A stretch of DNA of 64,000 nucleotides from assembly GCA_024679065.1 (NCBI GenBank), contig JAGIQG010000009.1, positions 91,760,001 through 91,824,000 of the forward strand. The letters are read 5' to 3'. This document shows, in pieces, positions 12,701 to 24,700 of this stretch (position 1 is its first letter; each line of letters starts with the position of its first letter). The position numbers and the translations under genes were made by a program. Source of the DNA: Sphyrna mokarran (Eukaryota). The notes beneath the pieces were generated by a model that worked only from the letters and a program-made list of their open reading frames with translations, made no database searches and was not told the origin of the DNA.

Positions 12701-15700
12701 AACATTAGATGCCAGCTTTTATACTCTATACCTCTTTCTATGAAGGCTAGCATACCATAAGCCTTCTTCACCACCTTTTCCAGCTGTACTGCCACCTTCA
12801 AGGACTTGTGTACATGCACCCCTAGGTCCCTCTGAGTTTCTATACTCTTAATAGTCCTACCATTTATTGTATAACTCCCCCATACATTATTTCTTCCAAA
12901 ATGCATCACCTCGCATTTATCTGGATTAAATTCCACCTGCCATTTCACTGCCCACTTTACCAGCCTAGTTATATCCTGCTATATTGCCTGACACTGTTCC
13001 TCACTATCAGCAAGTCCAGCCATCATCGTGTCATCTGAAAACTTGCTGATCACACCACCTACTTCCTCTTCCAAGTCATTTATAAATATTACAGATAGCA
13101 GAGGTCCCAGTACCGAGCCCTGTGACACACCACTAATGACTGACCTCCAGCTAGAAAAAGACCCTTCCACCACTGCTGTCTGTCTCCTGTTACCAAGCCG
13201 GTTCTCAATTCATCTCGACACCTGTCCTTGTATCCCATTAGCCTTAACCTTTTCCACCAACCTAACATGAGGGAGTTCATCAAGCATCTTACTGAAATCC
13301 ATATAGACGACATCCACGGCTTGCCCTTCGTTGGCCGTTTTTGTCACCCCCTCAAAAAATTCTACCAGATTCGTAAGGCACGACCTCCCCTTTACAAGCC
13401 ATGCTGCCTATCACTAATCGGATTGCCGACTACGCACTACCACAGATTACCCCAAAAGCCTCATTTGTGCTTGGGTTTGTCACTTGTCCAAGCCCCTGCC
13501 AGCAGTCTGGCACAGTTGCTATGCCAGTTGTTCCACTGTCGATAAGGGTCTCAGAATCCAGTTCTATAGTCCCCTACTTTTCCCTACTCACGCTGTTGAA
13601 TGGGGCCAAGAGAAATCGGCTCAGGAAGGGGCCATGCTTAGCTTTGTATTGCCAGGCATTTGGAGGACAAGGACAAAGGAATCTTGTTAAAGTTAAAGGG
13701 CTTTGCTGCGTACCCACCCTGGATTTTCCACTCCTCCCCCACTTCCCAATGATGACCTATTTTCCAGCGGGAAATGGCCATTGGCCACTGGCGGGCTAAT
13801 TCGGATCCACCAAAGTCTACAGTGTTTTGTGCGGCTTGCCATTGAAGAGTGGGGAGGGGGAGGAGGACTGGGAAAAGGCTATCCCTGGAAACTTGTGAGC
13901 AGTTTAGATCTCCATAATAGATGGATAGGCTAGGATTTGTGGCACTACAGCAACATGTTCACCAGATTGGGCTCCACTAGTGAGCCACAGGCCATTGAAG
14001 CCCCTGGATGGTTGGGGGCATGGCCGGGCATTCCCAATGATGCGGTGCCCACCTGACACACTGGCAGTGCCAGTGAGGCACAGGGTAAGTGTGCTGGGGC
14101 AGTGTCAAAAGGTTCTGATGTCCCTGTTTGGGGAAGGGGGGTGGTGGAGGTCTCTCAATTAACACAGTGATCAGAGCGTCTGAGCACATTACAACTGGTT
14201 TCACCTGTGTTCAGACTCCGCACCCTCTGTACTGGCACCAAGCTCCCAACTGTCTAAAAAAATGGGAAAGATTGTGATGTAGAGCACCCCAATAGGACTG
14301 CTGTGGGGGGACTTTCTTTTTCTTTTCCTTGGGAAAATTCCATCATGTGGTTTTCAACCAGATCATCTGTGGGATGGTGGAACATGCTTGAAGGGCTGAG
14401 TGGCCTCCTCCTGTTCCGAATTCCTATGTTCCTATTTTTGAATCCTACAGGATTCGAGAAGGGGCTTGGCAGGCTAGATAGTCCCTGGGAGATTCCTTTC
14501 CCTGATTGGAGAATCCAGACCAAGGCTTAGCCTAACAGGGGGGTGTTATTTAGGACCTCGATGAGGAGCAATTTCTTCATTCAAGCGTTTGTGAGCTTTT
14601 TGGATTTCTCTAACCCTGAATGTGATGGATGCTCCATCGTTGAATATATTTAACTCAGATTCAGGGATCCAAAGGATAAGGTGGTGGGAATGGAGGGGCG
14701 GGGGTGGGCAAGCAAGGAAGTCTGAGGATCAGCCAAGATAATATGGAGTGACAGGCCGTCTGGTCTGGCCCCCTTCCCATTGCGTGTGCATTTATTCCCT
14801 GCCCTGTCTCCCAAAGACGAGGAGCCGTAGAAGGTTCCCATACTGATCTGGAGGCTCAGGCCCCCTCCCCATTCACGATCACTCTCTGCTTCATTACCTC
14901 AGGCTCGCACACCTTGCAGAACCTCTTCAACTACAACGTGCGGCTGGCTGGCCTTCCGGAATTCTCCGTGGTGGGGATGCTGGATGATCTGCAGACACAG
15001 TACTACGACAGCGACCAGAGGAAAAGCGAGCCTCGGCAGCAGTGGATGGCCCACAGCTTTTCAGACAACTACTGGCATGAGCAGACCAGGGCCGTGGAGT
15101 CTGTTCACCAGCTTCTCTCTAGTAACTTTGGTCCATTCCTCCCACAATTTGGTGCGTCTGCTTCAATGCTCGCTTCGCGTTTTAGTTAAAATGGAGCCAG
15201 ATTGACACCAACATGCAGGAAGTTTCACCCTGGGCAACTTTAGCGCTAGTGAGAGACAGTTAGAATGCATTCTTTAACTCTCCAGTTACAAATTTAACTG
15301 GAAAAAGAGAAAACAACAACAGCTTGCATTTATCTAGTACCTTCGCCGCAGGAGAATGTCCCAAGTTCTTTCTGAGGAGGAATTTGACTCTGACCCACAC
15401 AAAGAGACATTAGGGCAGACCTCTAAAAGTGGGCAAAGGGGCAGATTTTTGCAAGTAGCTTGAAGAAGGAAAGTGGGGTAGAGAAGTGTGTGGGGTTGTG
15501 GGGGGGGTGGTGATTTTGCAGAGCTGGGAATTCAGGCAGCTAAAAGACTGGGCGACCAATGGTTTTTAAAAATTCAGCTTTGCTCAGTAGCCATAATCTG
15601 AATCTGAGGTAACACGGACAGGATGAAAGTTACAGAGGCAGAGGAGATTGGACGGGGATAAATCGGCCAACGTTGCAGGTGTTAGCCACTTCGTGACAGC

Positions 15701-18700
15701 AAAGACATCTGGTTGGAAGCTCATAAAATCACAGAATAGAGTCACAGACTCCCTACAGCTTGCACCGACAACAATCCCATCCAGGCCCTATCCCGATAAC
15801 TCTGTATATTTACACTGATAATCCACCTAATCTTGTGACACTAGGATCAATTTATCATGGCCAGTACACCTAACCTGCACATCTTTGCATTGTGGGAGGA
15901 AACCAGAGCAACACGGAGGAAAGCCACGCAGACATGGGGAGAGTGTGCAAACTGCACACACAAGTCACACAAGCTGGGAATTGAACGCAGATCTGTGCTG
16001 CTGTGAGGCTGCAGGGCTAACCACTGGGTCACTGTGCTGCTCAGCTCCCAACTTCAATATGACTGCCAAGGGTCTGGTTTATTCCCAGGCTGCTGTGCTG
16101 ATTCCTGTAGCTGGGGAACAGAGCTTTAGTGGGAGCTGAAAACTATGCCCGCCGTTTTCGAATTCCCGTTCCGATTCTCTTCCCGCACACAGCAGTGCAC
16201 CAACTTCCATCTGTTTCCATAGCCCGTCATTCCCGGAATAGATCTTTAGAGGCTTATAGTTTGAGGGAAGCCACTCCACATGAAGCGTGGCTGAGCAGGA
16301 GTCTCTCTGCTCTTAAGCCAGCCATTGGTGTATTGGGAAGGATTTACAGGTCAGTGTGCTCAGAGGCAGAACGCTACCCACTGCATCACAACACCTCCAT
16401 CCACTGTCTTCCTAGACAGTGTTTAATTGGAGGCAGATTTGATTCACCCAGTGTTAGATGTCAGATAAGCAGTCTGACAATAATTTGACAGAAGTGATGA
16501 CATTGAGTTGAGTTAATCTATAAAACCAACAGCAGTATGTGCATGGCACATTGGTGCGATAAAGGTTGGACCCTTGGGGAGTATCAGAGGTAATGGTGTA
16601 GAGGGGAGGGTGTGCAGGATGGTAATTCTCTTGCTCTGACTAGCTGGTTTAGGAGTGGAACCCATTCAGTGCAGTCGTAGCAAGCTGGACACCACTGAAG
16701 AGCAAACCGAAATGCGAAAGGCTGCAGACAGCAGCAGAAGGACCAGGAGGGATGGGCTTCCTTAATCACAGCCACAGAATGTCACACGGCCCCAAATGTC
16801 AGTCGCCAATCTCATCGTTATTCTTTACATTCACTGAATTGTTCACTCCAATTCAGGGTCACTTAATTTACTCACTCACTCTCGCTCACTCACTCTCGCT
16901 TGCTCACTCGTTCTCCCTCTCTACCTCTCTGGCTCACTCTTCCGTTGTCCCCCTTCTCGTTCTTTCTCCTCCTCTTTCTCTCTCGCCCTCTCGCTACCCC
17001 TCCTGCTTCTCTCCCTCTCCTCCTCTCACTCCCTCTCCCCTTCTCGTTCCCTCTCCCCTTCTCGCTCCCTCTCCCTTCTCGCTCCCTCTCCCCTTCTCGT
17101 TCCCTCTCCTTCTCGCTCCCTCTCCCCTCTCGTCCCTCTCCCCTTCTCGCTCCTCTCCCCTTCTCGCTCCCTCTCCCCTCTCGTCCCTTCCCCTTCTCGT
17201 TCCCTCTCCCCTTCTCGCTCCCTCTCCCCTTCTCGCTCCCTCTCCCCTTCTCGTTCCCTCTCCCCTTCTCGCTCCATCTCCCCTTCCTCGTTCCTCTCCC
17301 CTTCTTGCTCCTCTCCCCTTCTCGTTCTCTACCCCTCCTCGCTCCCTCTCCCCTTCTCGTTCCCTCTCGCTTCTCGCTCCCTCTCCCCTTCTCGTTCCCT
17401 CTCCCCTTCTCGTTCTCTCACCCCTCCTCGCTCCTCTCCCCTTCTCGTCCCTCTCCCCTTCTCGCTCCCTCTCCCCTTCTCGTTCCCTCTCCCCTTCTCG
17501 CTCCCTCTCCCCTTCTTGTTCCCTCTCCCCTTCTCGTTCCCTCTCCCCTTCTCATCCCTCTCCCCTTCTCGCTCCCTCTCTCCTCCTCGTTCCCTCTCCC
17601 CTTCTCGCTCCCTCTCTCCTTCTCGTTCCCTCTCCCCTTCTCGCTCCCTCTCTCCTCCTCGTTCCCTCTCCCCTTCTTGTCCCTCTCCCCTTCTCGCTCC
17701 CTCTCTCCTTCTCATTCCCTCTCCCCTTCTCGCTCTCTCTCCCCTTCTTGTTCCCTCTCCCCTTCTCGTTCCCTCTCCCCTTCTCATCCCTCTCCCCTTC
17801 TCGCTCCCTCTCTCCTCCTCGTTCCCTCTCCCCTTCTCGCTCCCTCTCTCCTTCTCGTTCCCTCTCCCCTTCTCGCTCCCTCTCTCCTCCTCGTTCCCTC
17901 TCCCCTTCTTGTCCCTCTCCCCTTCTCGCTCCCTCTCTCCTTCTCATTCCCTCTCCCCTTCTCGCTCCCTCTCCCCTTCTTGTTCCCTCTCCCCTTCTCT
18001 CCCTCTCCCTTTTCGTCCCCTCTCCCCTCTCTTGTCCCTCTCCCTTCTCGCTCCCTCTCTCCTTCTCATCCCTCTCCCCTTCTCGCTGTCTCTCTCCTTC
18101 TGTTCCCTCTCCCCTTCTCGCTCCCTCTCCCCTTCTCGTTCCTCTCCCCTTCTTGTCCCTCTCCCCTTCTCGCTCCCTCTCTCCTTCTCGCTGCCTCTCT
18201 CCTTCTTGTTCTCTCTCCCCTTCTCATTCCCTCTCCCCTTCTTGCTCCTCTCCCCTTCTTTTTCCCTCTCCCCTTCTCATTCCCTCTCCCCTTCTCATTC
18301 CCTCTCCCCTTCTCGCTCCCTTCCCTTCTCATTCCCTCTCCCCTTCTCATTCCCTCTCCCCATCTCGTTCCCTCTCCCCTTCTCATTCCCTCTCCCCACC
18401 GTCCCTCTCCCCTTCTCATTCCCTCTCCCCTTCTCGTTCCCTCTCCCTTCTCGTTCCCTCTCCCCTTCTCGCTCCCTCTCTCCTCCTCGTTCCCTCTCCC
18501 CTTCTCGCTCCCTCTCCCCTTCCCGTTCCCTCTCCCCTTCTCGCTCCCTCTCTCCTCCTCGTTCCCTCTCCCCTTCTCGCTCCCTCTCTCCTTCTCGTTC
18601 CCTCTCTCCTTCTCGTTCCCTCTCTCCTTCTCATTCCCTCTCCCCTTCTCGCTCCCTCTCCCCTTCTCGCTCCCTCTCCCCTTCTCATTCCCTCTCCCCT

Positions 18701-21700
18701 TCTCATTCCCTCTCCCCATCTCGTTCCCTCTCCCCTTCTCATTCCCTCTCCCCATCTCGTTCCCTCTCCCCTTCTCATTCCCTCTCCCCTTCTCGTTCCC
18801 TCTCCCCTTCTCGTTCCCTCTCTCCTTCTCGCTCCCTCTCTCCTCCTCGTTCCCTCTCCCCTTCTCGCTCCCTCTCCCCTTCTCGTTCCCTCTCCCCTTC
18901 TCGCTCCCTCTCTCCTCCTCGTTCCCTCTCCCCTTCTTGTCCCTCTCCCCTTCTCGTTCCCTCTCCCCTTCTCATTCCCTCTCCCCTTCTCGCTCCCTCC
19001 CCTTCTTGTTCCCTCTCCCCTTCTCATTCCCTCTCCCCATCTCGTTCCCTTTCCCTCTCATTCCTCTCTCCTTTCGCTCCCTCCCCCTTCTCATTCCCTC
19101 TCTCCTTTTTGCTCCCTCCCCCTTCTCATTCCCTCTCCCTCTTGTCCCTCTCCCCTTCTCGTTCCCTCTCTCCTTCTCGCTCCCTCTCTCCTTCTCGTTC
19201 CCTCTCCTTCTCGTTCCCTCTCCCCTTCTCATTCCCTCTCCCCTTCTCGCTCCCTCTCCCCTTCTCGCTCCCTCTCCCCTCTCCCCTTTTCGCTCCCTCT
19301 CCCCCTCGAGCTCCTTTTCCCCCTATCGCTTCCTCTCCCCGTCTCATTCCCTCCCCCTCCTCACTCCCTCTCCCGATCTTGTACCCTCTCCCCTTCTCGT
19401 TCCCTCTCTCCTTCTCGCTCCCTCTCTCCTTCTCGTTCCCTCTCCCCTTCTCGTTCCCTCTCCCCTTCTCATTCCCTCTCCCCTTCTCGCTCCCTCTCCC
19501 CTTCTCGCTCCCTCTCCCCTCTCCCCTTTTCGCTCCCTCTCCCCCTCGAGCTCCTTTTCCCCCTATCGCTTCCTCTCCCCGTCTCATTCCCTCCCCCTCC
19601 TCACTCCCTCTCCCGATCTTGTTCCCTCTCCCCTTCTCATTCCCTCTCCCTTCTCACTCCCTCTCCCCTTCTCGTCCCTCTCCCCTTCTCGTTCCCTCTC
19701 CCCTTCTCGTTCCCTCTCCCCTTCTCGCTCCCTCTCTCCTTCTCGCTCCCTCTCCCCTTCTCGTTCCCTCTCCCCTTCTCGTTCCCTCTCCCCTTCTCGC
19801 TCCCTCTCTCCTTCTCGCTCCCTCTCTCCTTCTCGTTCCCTCTCCCCTTCTCGTTCCCTCTCCCCTTCTCGTTCCCTCTCCCCTTCTCGTTCCCTCTCCC
19901 CTTCTCGTTCTCTCTCTCCTTCTCGCTCCCTCTCTCCTTCTCGCTCCCTCTCTCCTCCTCGTTCCCTCTCTCCTTCTCGTTCCCTCTCCCCTTCTCGTTC
20001 CCTCTCCCCTTCTCACTCCCTCTCCCCTTCTCGCTCCCTCTCCCCTTCTCACTCCCTCTCTCTCCGTTCCCTTCTCCCATTCGTTCCCTCTCCCCTTCTC
20101 GTTTCCCTCTCCCCTTCTCGTCCCTCTCCCCTTCTCGTTCCCTCTCCCCTCTCACTCCCTCTCCCTCTCGTTCCCTCTTCCCCTTCTCGCTCCCTTCCCC
20201 TTCTCGCTCCCTCTCCCCTTCTCGCTCCCTCTCCCCTTCTCGCTCCCTCTCCCTTCTCGCTCCCTCTCCCCTTCTCGCTCCTCTCCCCTTCTCGTTCCCT
20301 CTCCTTCTCGCTCCCTCTCCCCTTCTCGCTCCCTCTCCCCTTCTCGTTCCCTCTCCCCTTCTCGCTCCATCTCCCCTTCTCGTTCCCTCTCCCCTTCTTG
20401 CTCCTCTCCTTCTCGTTCTTCACCCCTCCTCGCTCCCTCTCCCCTTCTCGTTCCCTCTCCCCTTTCGTTCTCTCACCCCTCCTCGCTCCCTCTCCCCTTC
20501 TCGTTCCCTCTCCGCTTCTCGCTCCCTCTCCCCTTCTCGTTCCCTCTCCCCTTCTCATCCCTCTCCCCTTCTCGCTCCCTCTCCCTTCTCGTTCCCTCCC
20601 CCTTTCATCCCTCTCCCCTTCCGCTCCCTCTCTCCTCCTCGTTCCCTCTCCCCTTCTCGCTCCCTCTCTCCTTCTCGTTCCCTCTCCCCTTCTCGCTCCC
20701 TCTCTCCTCCTCGTTCCCTCTCCCTTCTTGTCCTTCCCCTTCTCGCTCCCTCTCTCCTTCTCATTCCTCTCCCCTTCTCGCTCTTCTCCCCTTCTGTTCC
20801 CTCTCCCCTTCTCGCTCCCTCTCTCCTTTTCGTTCCCTCTCCCCTTCTTGTCCCTCTCCCCTTCTCGCTCCCTCTCTCCTTCTCATTCCCTCTCCCCTTC
20901 TCGCTGTCTCTCTCCTTCTTGTTCCCTCTCCCCTTCTCGCTCCCTCTCCCCTTCTCGTTCCCTCTCCCCTTCTGCCCTCTCCCCTTCTCGCTCCCTCTCT
21001 CCTTCTCGCTGCCTCTCTCCTTCTTGTTCTCTCTCCCTTCTCATTCCCTCTCCCCTTCTTGCTCCTCTCCCTTCTTTTTCCCTCTCCCCTTCTCATTCCC
21101 TCTCCCCTTCTCATTCCTCTCCCCTTCTATTCCCTCTCCCCTTCTCGCTCCCTCTCCCCTTCTCATTCCCTCTCCCCTTCTCATTCCCTCTCCCCATCTC
21201 GTTCCCTCTCCCCTTCTCATTCCCTCTCCCCATCTCGTTCCCTCTCCCCTTCTCATTCCCTCTCCCCTTCTCGTTCCCTCTCCCCTTCTCGTTCCCTCTC
21301 CCCTTCTCGCTCCCTCTCTCCTCCTCGTTCCCTCTCCCCTTCTCGCTCCCTCTCCCCTTCCCGTTCCCTCTCCCCTTCTCGCTCCCTCTCTCCTCCTCGT
21401 TCCCTCTCCCCTTCTCGCTCCCTCTCTCCTTCTCGTTCCCTCTCTCCTTCTCGTTCCCTCTCTCCTTCTCATTCCCTCTCCCCTTCTCGCTCCCTCTCCC
21501 CTTCTCGCTCCCTCTCCCCTTCTCATTCCCTCTCCCCATCTCGTTCCCTCTCCCCTTCTCATTCCCTCTCTCCTTTTCGCTCCCTCTCCCCTTCTCATTC
21601 CCTCTCCGCTTCTCGTTCCCTCTCCCCTTCTCGCTCCCTCTCTCCTTCTCGCTCCCTCTCTCCTTCTCGTTCCCTCTCTCCTTCTCATTCCCTCTCCCCT

Positions 21701-24700
21701 TCTCGCTCCCTCTCTCCTTCTCGCTCCCTCTCTCCTTCTCGTTCCCTCTCCCCTTCTCGTTCCCTCTCCCCTTCTCGTTCCCTCTCCCCTTCTCGTTCCC
21801 TCTCCCCTTCTCGCTCCCTCTCCCCTTCTGTTCCCTCTCCCCTTCTCATTCCCTCTCCCCATCTCGTTCCCTCTTCCCTTCTCATTCCCTCTCTCCTTTT
21901 CGCTCCCTCTCCCCTTCTCATTCCCTCTCTTTTCGCTCCTCTCCCCTTCTCATTCCCTCTCCGCTTCTTGTTCCATCTCCCCTTCTCGTTCCCTCTCTCC
22001 TTCTCGCTCCCTCTCTCCTTCTCGTTCCCTCTTCCCTTCCTCATTCCCTCTCCCCTTCTCGCTCCCTCTCCCCTTCTCGCTCCCTCTCCCCTCTCCCCTT
22101 TTCGCTCCCTCTCCCCCTCGAGCTCCTTTTCCCCCTATCGCTTCCTCTCCCCGTCTCATTCCCTCCCCCTCCTCACTCCCTCTCCCGATCTTGTACCCTC
22201 TCCCCTTCTCGTTCCCTCTCTCCTTCTCGCTCCCTCTCTCCTTCTCGTTCCCTCTCCCCTTCTCGTTCCCTCTCCCCTTCTCATTCCCTCTCCCCTTCTC
22301 GCTCCCTCTCCCCTTCTCGCTCCCTCTCCCCTCTCCCCTTTTCGCTCCCTCTCCCCCTCGAGCTCCTTTTCCCCCTATCGCTTCCTCTCCCCGTCTCATT
22401 CCCTCCCCCTCCTCACTCCCTCTCCCGATCTTGTTCCCTCTCCCCTTCTCATTCCCTCTCCCCTTCTCACTCCCTCTCCCCTTCTCGTTCCCTCTCCCCT
22501 TCTCGTTCCCTCTCCCCTTCTCCCTCCCTCTCCCCTTCTCGTTCCCTCTCTCCTTCTCCCTCCCTCTCCCCTTCTCGTTCCCTCTCCCCTTCTCGTTCCC
22601 TCTCCCCTTNNNNNNNNNNNNNNNNNNNNNNNNNNNNNNNNNNNNNNNNNNNNNNNNNNNNNNNNNNNNNNNNNNNNNNNNNNNNNNNNNNNNNNNNNNN
22701 NNNNNNNNNCCTTCTCGCTCCCTCTCTCCTCCTCGTTCCCTCTCCCCTTCTTGTCCCTCTCCCCTTCTCGCTCCCTCTCTCCTTCTCATTCCCTCTCCCC
22801 TTCTCGCTCCCTCTCCCCTTCTTGTTCCCTCTCCCCTTCTCATTCCCTCTCCCCATCTCGTTCCCTCTTCCCTTCTCATTCCCTCTCTCCTTTTCGCTCC
22901 CTCTCCCCTTCTCATTCCCTCTCTCCTTTTCGCTCCCTCTCCCCTTCTCATTCCCTCTCCGCTTCTTGTTCCATCTCCCCTTCTCGTGCTCCCTCTCTCC
23001 TTCTCGCTCCCTCTCTCCTTCTCGTTCCCTCTCCCTTCTCATTCCCTCTCCCCTTCTCGCTCCCTCTCCCCTTCTCGCTCCCTCTCCCCTCTCCCCTTTT
23101 CGCTCCCTCTCCCCCTCGAGCTCCTTTTCCCCCTATCGCTTCCTCTCCCCGTCTCATTCCCTCCCCCTCCTCACTCCCTCTCCCGATCTTGTACCCTCTC
23201 CCCTTCTCGTTCCCTCTCTCCTTCTCGCTCCCTCTCTCCTTCTCGTTCCCTCTCCCCTTCTCGTTCCCTCTCCCCTTCTCATTCCCTCTCCCCTTCTCGC
23301 TCCCTCTCCCCTTCTCGCTCCCTCTCCCCTCTCCCCTTTTCGCTCCCTCTCCCCCTCGAGCTCCTTTTCCCCCTATCGCTTCCTCTCCCCGTCTCATTCC
23401 CTCCCCCCCCTCACTCCCTCTCCCGATCTTGTCCCTCTCCCCTTCTCATTCCCTCTCCCCTTCTCACTCCCTCTCCCCTTCTCGTTCCCTCTCCCCTTCT
23501 CGTTCCGCTCCCCTTCTCCCTCCCTCTCCCCTTCTCGTTCCCTCTCTCCTTCTCCCTCCCTCTCCCCTTCTCGTTCCCTCTCCCTTCTCGTTCCCTCTCC
23601 CCTTCTTGCTCCTCTCCCCTTCTCATTCCCTCTCCCCTTCTCCCTCCCTCTCCCCTTCTCGTTCCCTCTCCCCTTCTCGTTCCCTCTCCCCTTCTCGTTC
23701 CGTCTCCCCTTCTCGTTCTCTCTCTCCTTCTCGCTCCCTCTCTCCTTCTCGCTCCCTCTCTCCTCCTCGTTCCCTCTCTCCTTCTCGTTCCCTCTCCCCT
23801 TCTCGTTCCCTCTCCCCTTCTCACTCCCTCTCCCCTTCTCGCTCCCTCTCCCCTTCTCACTCCCTCTCCCCTTCTCATTCCCTCTCCCCTTCCTCGTTCC
23901 TCTCCCTTCTCGTTCCCTCTCCCCTTCTCGTCCCTCTCCCCTTCTCGTTCCCTCTCCCCTTCTCACTCCCTCTCCCCTTCTCGTTCCCTCTCCCCTTCTC
24001 GCTCCCTCTCCCCTTCTCCTCCCCTCTCTCTCCTTCTCCTATCTCTCTCCCCTTCTCGCCTTCCCTCCTCCCCCCTCTCCCCTTCTCTCTCCCTCTCCCC
24101 TTCTCGTTCCTCTCCCCTTCTCGCTCCTCTCCCCTTCTCGCTCCCCTCTCCCCTTCTCGTTCCCTCTCCCTTCTCGTCCTCTCCTCTCCTTCTCGCTCCT
24201 CTCCCCTTCTCGTTCCCTCTCCCCTTCTCGCTCCATCTCCCCTTCTCGTTCCCTCTCCCCTTCTTGCTCCTCTCCCCTTCTCGTTCTCTCCCCCTCCTCG
24301 CTCCCTCCTCTCCCCTTCTCGGTTCCCTCTCCCCTTCTCGCGTTCCCTCACCCCTTCCTCGCTCCCCCTCCCCTTCTCGTCCCTCTCCGCTTCCTCGCTC
24401 CCTCTCCCCTTCTCGTTCCCTCTCCCCTTCTCATCCTCTCCCGCTTCTCGCTCCCTCTCCCCTTCTCGTTCCCTCTCCCCTTCTCATCCCTCTCCCCTTC
24501 TCGCTCCCTCTCTCCTTCTCGTTCCCTCTCCCCTTCTCGCTCCCTCTCCCCTTCTCTTCCTCTCCCCTTCTAGCTCCCTCTCCCCTTCTCGTTCCCTCTC
24601 CCCTTCTTTCCCTCTCCCCTTCTCGCTCTCTCCCTTCTCATTCCCTCTCCCTTCTCGCTCCCTCTCCCCTTCTGATTCCCTCTCCCCTTCTCGCTCCCTC

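Noticed and set aside
16652-16680. SGTHSVQS resembling an alpha2 exon start after an AG
   Set aside because: Immediate stop, wrong phase and no Cys pattern; the true alpha2 exon is at 33349.
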